From NCBI GenBank assembly GCA_963749705.1, contig CAVVNQ010000008.1, forward strand, positions 1 to 64,000: a stretch of 64,000 nucleotides of DNA. Reading direction: 5' to 3'. Shown piece by piece: positions 57,873 through 64,000 of this stretch. Position 1 is the first letter of the stretch; each line of letters starts with the position of its first letter. Under the pieces are notes generated by a model. That model ran no database searches and had not been told where the DNA came from. It was given only the letters and a program-made list of their open reading frames with translations. This DNA is from an uncultured Chloroflexia bacterium. Lineage in GTDB: Bacteria; Chloroflexota; Limnocylindria; Limnocylindrales; CSP1-4. A program made the translations under genes and the position numbers.

Positions 57873-59596
57873 CCGACCGGCTCCGCGGCGACGGCGACGA
57901 GCTCGCCTGTGGACAGCCCGCCGGGGACGGGTTCGACGGCGGCCCAGCGCACCTCGATCGTCCGGTCCGCCCCGGCGACGGCGCCCGGGCGATGGGCCAC
58001 CACCACGACGGTGGCACCGCCGTCGGCGGCGCGACGGAGGGCACACATGACCTGCGCCTCCGACGCCTCGTCGAGGCCCGCGGTGGGCTCGTCCAGCAGC
58101 AGGACCGGCGCGTCCCGGACCAGCGCCCGTGCGATGCCGATTCGACGACGCTGGCCGCTCGACAGCCGCGCCCCGCGCTCCCCCAGCTCCCGACCGAGCG
58201 CTAGGTCGGCCAGCCCGACGGCAGCGAGGGCGGCGCGGATCGCGGGATCGCCGGCGTCGGGTGCGCCCAGGCGGACGTTGTCGGCAACCGTCCCGGCGAA
58301 CAGCCACGGCGCCTGGGGAACCCACGCCACCTTCGCCCGCCAGGCCGCGGGATCCATCGCTCGCACGTCGACCGCGTCGCGGCCGTCGCCGGTCAGCGCC
58401 AGCACGCGACCGGTCGTGGGCGGGATCAGCCCGAGGATCGAGGCGAGCAGCGTCGACTTGCCGGCGCCGCTTTCGCCCGTGATCGCGACCAGCTCGCCGG
58501 CGCGTGCGATGAACGAGGCATCGGCCGGGGCGACGACCTCGCGGCCGGGCTGGACGACGCTCAGGTGATCGACCGAGATGCCGGCGACGCGCTCCGGCGG
58601 CTGCTGCCCGTCGGGCGGCGTGGCTGCCCCCACCGCCCCGACCGGCTGGTCGAGGATCGAGAACGCCGCCGCGGCCGCCTCGAGCCCCTCTTCGCTGGCA
58701 TGGAACTCGGTGCCCAGGCGGCGCAGCGGGAGATACGCCTCGGGCGCAAGCACCAGCGCGAACAGGCCGGTCTGGAGCGACAGGTCGCCGTCGGCCAGGC
58801 GGAGCCCGATCCCCACCGCGACCAGCGCGACCGACAGCGTCGCCAGGAGCTCCAGCGCGAGCGCCGACAGGAACGCGATCCGCAGCGTCGCCATCGTCGT
58901 GGTCCGGTAGGCGTCCGTGATCCGCCGCAGGATGCCGACCTGCGCCTCGGCACGACCGTACGCCCGCAACGTCGGCAGCCCGGCGACCACGTCGGAGAAC
59001 CGGTTGGCGAGCCGGGCGAGCGCGACCCACCGCCGCCGCCGGTGATCGGCCGACATCCGCCCGATGAGGATCATGAACACGGGGATCAGGGGCACGGTGA
59101 GCGCCACGGTCAGCCCGGCGACGAGGTCGACCGACAACAGGCAGCCGATGACGGCCAGCGGCACGATGACCGCCAGCGCGACCTGGGGCAGGTAGCGCCC
59201 GTAGTACCCGTCGAGCGCATCCAGGCCGCGGGTGACGAGCAGCGCGATCTCGCCGCTCGCCTGACCCGCCGCCCAGCGTGGCCCGAGCGACACCGCCCGC
59301 GCCATGAGCGCGACCCGGAGCTCTGACTTGACGGCGCCGCTGATCCGCTGCGCGACGACCTCGGACGCCCAGCTGAGCCCGGCGCGGATCGCCAGCACCG
59401 CTGCGAGCAGCAGGAGCACCGTCGCGAGCTGGGCCGGGCCCTCCCCGTCGACGAACGCGCCCGCGATCGCGCGGGCGATCAGCCAGGCCTGGGCGATGGC
59501 CAGGAGTGCGGTGGACAGGCCCAGGACGACGGCCGCGACGAGCGCGACGGTGGCTGTACGGCCCGACGCGAGCAGGCGGCGGTGGAGGGTCGTCAT
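57869..59596 (-). CDS. cydD: Thiol reductant ABC exporter CydD
   Basis: YLPQ, PLIPVFMILIG, LRIAFLS, LAPE.Y.PLR and Walker motifs. Confidence 0.95.
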   Translation of the reverse strand: MTTLHRRLLASGRTATVALVAAVVLGLSTALLAIAQAWLIARAIAGAFVDGEGPAQLATVLLLLAAVLAIRAGLSWASEVVAQRISGAVKSELRVALMARAVSLGPRWAAGQASGEIALLVTRGLDALDGYYGRYLPQVALAVIVPLAVIGCLLSVDLVAGLTVALTVPLIPVFMILIGRMSADHRRRRWVALARLANRFSDVVAGLPTLRAYGRAEAQVGILRRITDAYRTTTMATLRIAFLSALALELLATLSVALVAVGIGLRLADGDLSLQTGLFALVLAPEAYLPLRRLGTEFHASEEGLEAAAAAFSILDQPVGAVGAATPPDGQQPPERVAGISVDHLSVVQPGREVVAPADASFIARAGELVAITGESGAGKSTLLASILGLIPPTTGRVLALTGDGRDAVDVRAMDPAAWRAKVAWVPQAPWLFAGTVADNVRLGAPDAGDPAIRAALAAVGLADLALGRELGERGARLSSGQRRRIGIARALVRDAPVLLLDEPTAGLDEASEAQVMCALRRAADGGATVVVVAHRPGAVAGADRTIEVRWAAVEPVPGGLSTGELVAVAAEPVG

Positions 59597-59651
59597 GCGC
59601 GGCCGGGGACGCGGCTCGCGGTCAGCGTGGACCGCTCGTGACGGGGGCGTG

Positions 59652-59693
59652 GCCGCGGTCCGTCACGGCTCGGCCGTGGTCCGTCACGGCTCG
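59652..59693. repeat. 21-bp tandem duplication spanning the cydB stop codon
   Basis: gccgcggtccgtcacggctcg versus gccgtggtccgtcacggctcg. Confidence 0.75.
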
Positions 59694-60685
59694 ACCGAGG
59701 CGCGCGGCACGCTGACCCGCTTGCGGAACACCCAGTACGTCCAGCCCTGGTAGATGAGCACGATGGGCACGAAGATGATCGCGACCACGGTCATGATCTG
59801 GAGGGTGTACTCGGTGGATGCCGCGTTGGTCGTCGTGAGGCTGTAGGCAGCATCGGTCGACGACGGCATCACGTCCGGGAACAGCGCCCAGAACAGGCTG
59901 ACCACGGCCAGCCCGATCGTCACCGCGGACCCGATGAACGCCCAGGCCTCGCGCCGCAGCCGGCTCGCGAGCAGCGCGCCGACGAACGCGACCGCGGCGA
60001 CGATCGCGAACCCGAACGACACCGCGTCGCCGCGGATCGCGTTGGCCCACACCAGGAACGCCACCGCCACGACGGCCGTGACCAGGCCGACGGGCAGCAC
60101 CAGCGCCGTCGCCCGCGCCCGGATCTCGTCCTCGGTCTTGAGCGCCAGGAACAGCAGCCCGTGGGTGATGAACAGGAGCAGCGTGGTCAGCCCGCCGAGC
60201 AGCGCGAACGGGTTGAGCAGCGTGAGCAGGTTGCCCGTGAACTGCTTGTCGGCATCGATCGGCACGCCGCCCACGATGTTCGCGAACGCGACCCCCCACA
60301 GCAGCGCCGGCACGAAGCTGCCGATGGCGATCGCGATGTCCCAGCGCTGCCGCCAGATCGCGCCGCCATGCTTGTTGCGGTACTCGATCGCGACCCCGCG
60401 CACGATCAGCGCGACGAGCAGCAGGAACAGCGCGAGGTAGAACCCCGAGAACAGCGTCGCGTACCACTCGGGAAACGCCGCGAACGTGGCGCCCCCGGCG
60501 ACGAGCACCCACACCTCGTTGCCGTCCCACACGGGACCGATCGTGCGCAGGATGGCGCGCCGCTCGGGCTCGGTGCGGCCGAGGATCGGGATCAGGATCC
60601 CGACCCCGAAGTCGAAGCCCTCGAGGATGAAATAGCCGATCCAGAGGATCGCGATCAGCGCGAACCAGACGGTCGTGAGCTCCAT
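59684..60685 (-). CDS. cydB: Cytochrome bd oxidase subunit II
   Basis: LEGFDFGVG and PVWDGNEVW motifs. Confidence 0.97.
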   Translation of the reverse strand: MELTTVWFALIAILWIGYFILEGFDFGVGILIPILGRTEPERRAILRTIGPVWDGNEVWVLVAGGATFAAFPEWYATLFSGFYLALFLLLVALIVRGVAIEYRNKHGGAIWRQRWDIAIAIGSFVPALLWGVAFANIVGGVPIDADKQFTGNLLTLLNPFALLGGLTTLLLFITHGLLFLALKTEDEIRARATALVLPVGLVTAVVAVAFLVWANAIRGDAVSFGFAIVAAVAFVGALLASRLRREAWAFIGSAVTIGLAVVSLFWALFPDVMPSSTDAAYSLTTTNAASTEYTLQIMTVVAIIFVPIVLIYQGWTYWVFRKRVSVPRASVEP

Positions 60686-60694
60686 CGTCGTCCC

Positions 60695-62089
60695 CTAGTA
60701 CCCGAGCGCCATGTCGTCGGCGTCATGTTCGAAGCCCCGATCCGACGTCGCCTCCGGCAGGCCGGCACGGACGCGCCGCACCACCAGCCCGACCATCACC
60801 ACGGCCAGGACGCCGTACAGGACCGTAAACCCGACCATCGTGATCAGGACCTCCAGCGTCCCGTTGCCCGGCGACACCGCCGTCGCGGTCGGCATCAGGC
60901 CGAACACGATCCACGGCTGGCGCCCGATCTCGGTGAACATCCAGGCGAACGAGTTGGCGGCCAGCGGCAGGAACGGCAGCAGGATCGCCGCGGTCACGGC
61001 CCCCCTGCCCGGCAGCCTGCCCCGGCGCATCGCCCACAGGAACCACAGGGCCGCGAGCGCGGCCAGCGCGCCGGCGCCGATCATCCAGCGGAACGTCCAG
61101 TAGGTGACCGGGGTGTTGGGCGTGTAGTCGCCCGCGCCGTAGGTCTGCTGGTACTCGGCCTGGAGGTCGTTGATCCCCTCGACCTTGCCGTTGAAGTCGC
61201 CGGTGGCGAGGAACGAGAGCACGTTGGGGATGCGGATCGAGAACAGGTCCTGCTTGCCGTCCGGCGTGCCGATCGTGAAGATCGAGAATGACGCGGGCTG
61301 CTCGGTCTGCCACAGCGCCTCGGCGGCCGCCATCTTCATCGGCTGCTGCTCGGTCATGATCTTGCCCTGGATGTCGCCGGTCACCGCGACCAGCAGCCCG
61401 GATACGAGCACGATCGTGGCGCCCGCCGTGGCCGCGACCCGGAACGGCGAGTCCTCGCCCCGCGTCCGCATCAGGCGGTACATCGCGATCCCGGTGATGA
61501 ACGCACCGGCGGTCATGAACGCGGCGGCGATGGTGTGCGGGAACGTGATCAACGCGGTGCTGTTGAGCAGCACCGCGAGGAAGTCCTTGAGCTCGGCGCG
61601 CCCCGCGGCGTCACTGACGACGTAGCCCACCGGGTGCTGCATCCAGGCATTGGCCGCGAGGATGATGTACGCGGAGAGGGCGGTGCCGATGGCCGCGATC
61701 CAGATGGTCGCGAGATGCAGGCCGCGGGACAGCCTGCCCCAGCCGAAGATCCACAACCCCAGGAACGTGGACTCGAGGAAGAACGCCAGGAGGCCCTCGA
61801 TGGCGAGCGGTGCGCCGAAGATGTCGCCCACGAACCGGCTGTAGCTGCTCCAGTTCATGCCGAACTGGAACTCCTGGACGATACCCGTCACGATGCCCAG
61901 CGCGAAGTTGATCAGGAACAGCTCACCGAAGAACCGGGTGAGGCGCAGGTACTTTTCGTTGCCGGTCCGGTACCACGCCGTCTGCAGCCCGGCCACCCAG
62001 AACGACAGGCCGATGGTGAGCGGGACGAACAGGAAGTGGTAGACGGTGGTGATCCCGAACTGCCACCGCGCCAGGTCAAGCGCGTCCAT
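60695..62089 (-). CDS. cydA: Cytochrome bd oxidase subunit I
   Basis: ARWQF..YH, EFQFG.NW, QPMKMAAAE and EIGRQPW motifs. Confidence 0.97.
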   Translation of the reverse strand: MDALDLARWQFGITTVYHFLFVPLTIGLSFWVAGLQTAWYRTGNEKYLRLTRFFGELFLINFALGIVTGIVQEFQFGMNWSSYSRFVGDIFGAPLAIEGLLAFFLESTFLGLWIFGWGRLSRGLHLATIWIAAIGTALSAYIILAANAWMQHPVGYVVSDAAGRAELKDFLAVLLNSTALITFPHTIAAAFMTAGAFITGIAMYRLMRTRGEDSPFRVAATAGATIVLVSGLLVAVTGDIQGKIMTEQQPMKMAAAEALWQTEQPASFSIFTIGTPDGKQDLFSIRIPNVLSFLATGDFNGKVEGINDLQAEYQQTYGAGDYTPNTPVTYWTFRWMIGAGALAALAALWFLWAMRRGRLPGRGAVTAAILLPFLPLAANSFAWMFTEIGRQPWIVFGLMPTATAVSPGNGTLEVLITMVGFTVLYGVLAVVMVGLVVRRVRAGLPEATSDRGFEHDADDMALGY

Positions 62090-62415
62090 CGATCGCTCCC
62101 ATCGATTGTCCTCATCGCCCCCACGCCATCGGTCCCGTGGCCACGCGGCAGCCACGCCCTCGGTCGGCATTGTGGTCGGACGGGTTGTCGCGCCTCACGG
62201 CTGAACTGCCCGAAACCGGGAGCCACCCGGCCGCCGTCGGTGCCCCCGACGGCCCCTACCGCGGGTGCCGGGACGCCCTCGGCGCGACCCGCGACCCGTG
62301 GGGCGACCGCGCCGCGACACCGGACGCACCCCCGCCGGAGCGGACCGACCACGCCCGCGGCATCGGACGGCACCCCCGCAGGAGGGTCGACGGCGGTCGA
62401 CGTAGGATCAGGGGC

Positions 62416-62724
62416 ATGCAGCGCGATCGGTCGATCCGGCGCCGGCAGTTCGTGTTCGTCGCGTTTGGACGCGGCGCGGTTCTCGACCATGCGCCGCGCT
62501 GGTGGGAGCGCATCTGGCTGCGGCTCAGGCTGCTGTTGCGTGGCGGCGCCGATCCTCAACGCCTCGACGATCTCATCGGTTCGACCGGGCTGCAGCCCCC
62601 GGACAGCGACGACGCCGCGGGGGCGGCCGATCGGGTCCCGCGCCGCCCGCCAGACACGCCACTGGCCGGCGCCATCGCCCTTCCCGAGCCATCCTCATCG
62701 GACGAAACGGCCGCGGGTCGCTGA
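62416..62724 (+). CDS. Small hypothetical protein
   Basis: TAGGAT 7 nt before the ATG; C-terminal VPRRP..AGAIALPEP. Confidence 0.55.
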   Translation: MQRDRSIRRRQFVFVAFGRGAVLDHAPRWWERIWLRLRLLLRGGADPQRLDDLIGSTGLQPPDSDDAAGAADRVPRRPPDTPLAGAIALPEPSSSDETAAGR

Positions 62725-62798
62725 CCGGATCCCCGAACCGGGCCCGGCTCTGAGGCGGCCGAACCTGGCCCCGCCCTTGGAGGCGTCCCGAGTCTGGC

Positions 62799-63728
62799 TC
62801 AGCTGAGGATCTCCACCTCGTCGCCATCGGCGACCTGGTGATCACGCCCGACGCGCTGGCCGGCGAACCGTACCGACGGACCCCACACCCGGGCACCGAC
62901 CGCGGCCTCGCCCAGCTCGTGGTGGACGAGATCGGCGATGTCGGCGACCGTGGATCCGGGCGCGACGGCGGTCGGCTCCTCGTCGATCGTGCCGTCGTGC
63001 CGGAGGCGCACGCGGATCAGGCCCGTGAGCCGCCAGATCGCGGTGCCGAGGGCATCCAGCGCGGCGTCATCGAGCACGGATACAGCGAGCACGGGCAGGT
63101 CGGCGAAGGCGGCGGCAAACGGCACCACGGGATCGCCGTCGACCTCGTCCGCGCGGGTGACCGCGATGATCGCCGGCTTCTCGATCTCCGCGCGGGACAC
63201 CTCGTTCATGACCGTCCGGAGCTCGGCGGGATCCGTCCCCGCCCGCGCGCAGTACACGATCGCGTCGGCCGACCGCAGGACGCCCAGCAGCGCACGACCG
63301 CCGCCGCGATCATCCGCCGCGCCGTCGATCAGCCCCGGGATCTCGACCAGCTGGACCAGCACGCCGCCGATGCGGGTCAGCGCCGGGACCGGCCGCAGGG
63401 TGGTGAACGCGAAGTCGCCGGTCCGGATCTGGATGTCCGAGAGCGCCTGGAGCACCGACGACTTGCCGACGTTCGGCGGGCCGACCAGCGCGATCTGCGC
63501 CGCACCCTCGCGGCGGACGGCGATCGAGTCGCGGTGGACCGCGCTGGAGCGGACCCGGGTGTCCTCGATCTCGGCCTGGAGCGCCTTCCGCAGGTCCGCG
63601 TACGGGCCGTTCCGATAGTCGGGAAGCTCCGCGAGCAGGGCCCGGACCTCGCGGATCCGTTCGCGCCCTTCCTTCCCGATGAGCCGCCGCTTGGCGACCT
63701 GTGCGAATGTGCGATGCGGCATCGGCAT
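62799..63728 (-). CDS. DRG/Obg-family GTPase with C-terminal TGS domain
   Basis: GAAQIALVGPPNVGKSS, FAFTT, EIPG and TGS motif VH..ARVWG.S..GQRVG.DH...DGDEVEI. Confidence 0.88.
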   Translation of the reverse strand: MPMPHRTFAQVAKRRLIGKEGRERIREVRALLAELPDYRNGPYADLRKALQAEIEDTRVRSSAVHRDSIAVRREGAAQIALVGPPNVGKSSVLQALSDIQIRTGDFAFTTLRPVPALTRIGGVLVQLVEIPGLIDGAADDRGGGRALLGVLRSADAIVYCARAGTDPAELRTVMNEVSRAEIEKPAIIAVTRADEVDGDPVVPFAAAFADLPVLAVSVLDDAALDALGTAIWRLTGLIRVRLRHDGTIDEEPTAVAPGSTVADIADLVHHELGEAAVGARVWGPSVRFAGQRVGRDHQVADGDEVEILS

Positions 63729-63853
63729 GACCGCGATCTCCTCTCGAGCTGCCGGCGAGGCGACACGGACAGCCCACCGCCGATCAGGCGATGGATCTCG
63801 GCCCGCGTCTGCGCTCGCCCCTTCCCCCTGACGCCGGTGTGGGAAGGGGCCGA

Positions 63854-63922
63854 TCAGCCGTTCTTGTTCGAGATGGAGGCGAGCCAGGCGCGCAGCGGGC
63901 GCCCGGCGACGGTCTTGGTCAT
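63854..63922 (-). CDS. Putative small upstream ORF MTKTVAGRPLRAWLASISNKNG
   Basis: High-GC3 codons; TACCAT -10 about 10 nt upstream; followed by a 10-bp hairpin (63817-63850). Confidence 0.4.
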   Translation of the reverse strand: MTKTVAGRPLRAWLASISNKNG

Positions 63923-64000
63923 GGCATCGCGCATGGTAACGGACCCGAGGGCGTGTCGCGACCGCGGCCGCCGCACGACCTCGACTGCCACAATTGGTCC

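Overview
A 64-kb, very GC-rich bacterial chromosome segment. From recalled 16S and protein signatures it is most likely Chloroflexota (Limnocylindria/Ellin6529-like); no database search was run. From left to right it holds: (1) a housekeeping block on the minus strand (nusG, secE, tRNA-Trp, rpmG, tuf, two tRNA-Thr, rlmB, cysS, ispDF, PIN/TRAM, radA, clpC, rpsA); (2) a complete rRNA operon (16S, Ile, Ala, 23S, 5S); (3) recR-ybaB-dnaX, a large Alu-type SRP RNA, three tRNA-Ser, a tadA homolog and a tRNA-Arg; (4) an about 15-kb IclR/TRAP catabolic cluster flanked by extra aroQ and aroKB copies; (5) the shikimate operon preceded by an attenuator; (6) cydABDC and a DRG-like GTPase. The strongest observation is that tRNA-Arg has anticodon GCG instead of ACG while the neighbouring TadA has lost its catalytic Glu (HAE to HAV) yet remains an intact gene, which suggests inosine-free Arg decoding with a repurposed TadA. 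Other highlights are four paired 17-bp operators defining an uncharacterised catabolic regulon, a Phe/Tyr leader-peptide attenuator, an H54a-position 23S insertion, very long charged disordered extensions on S1 and RlmB, and a motif-degenerate AroKB paralog. The frameshifts in radA and in the second aroKB are probably sequencing errors. No CRISPR array, integrase or transposase was seen.
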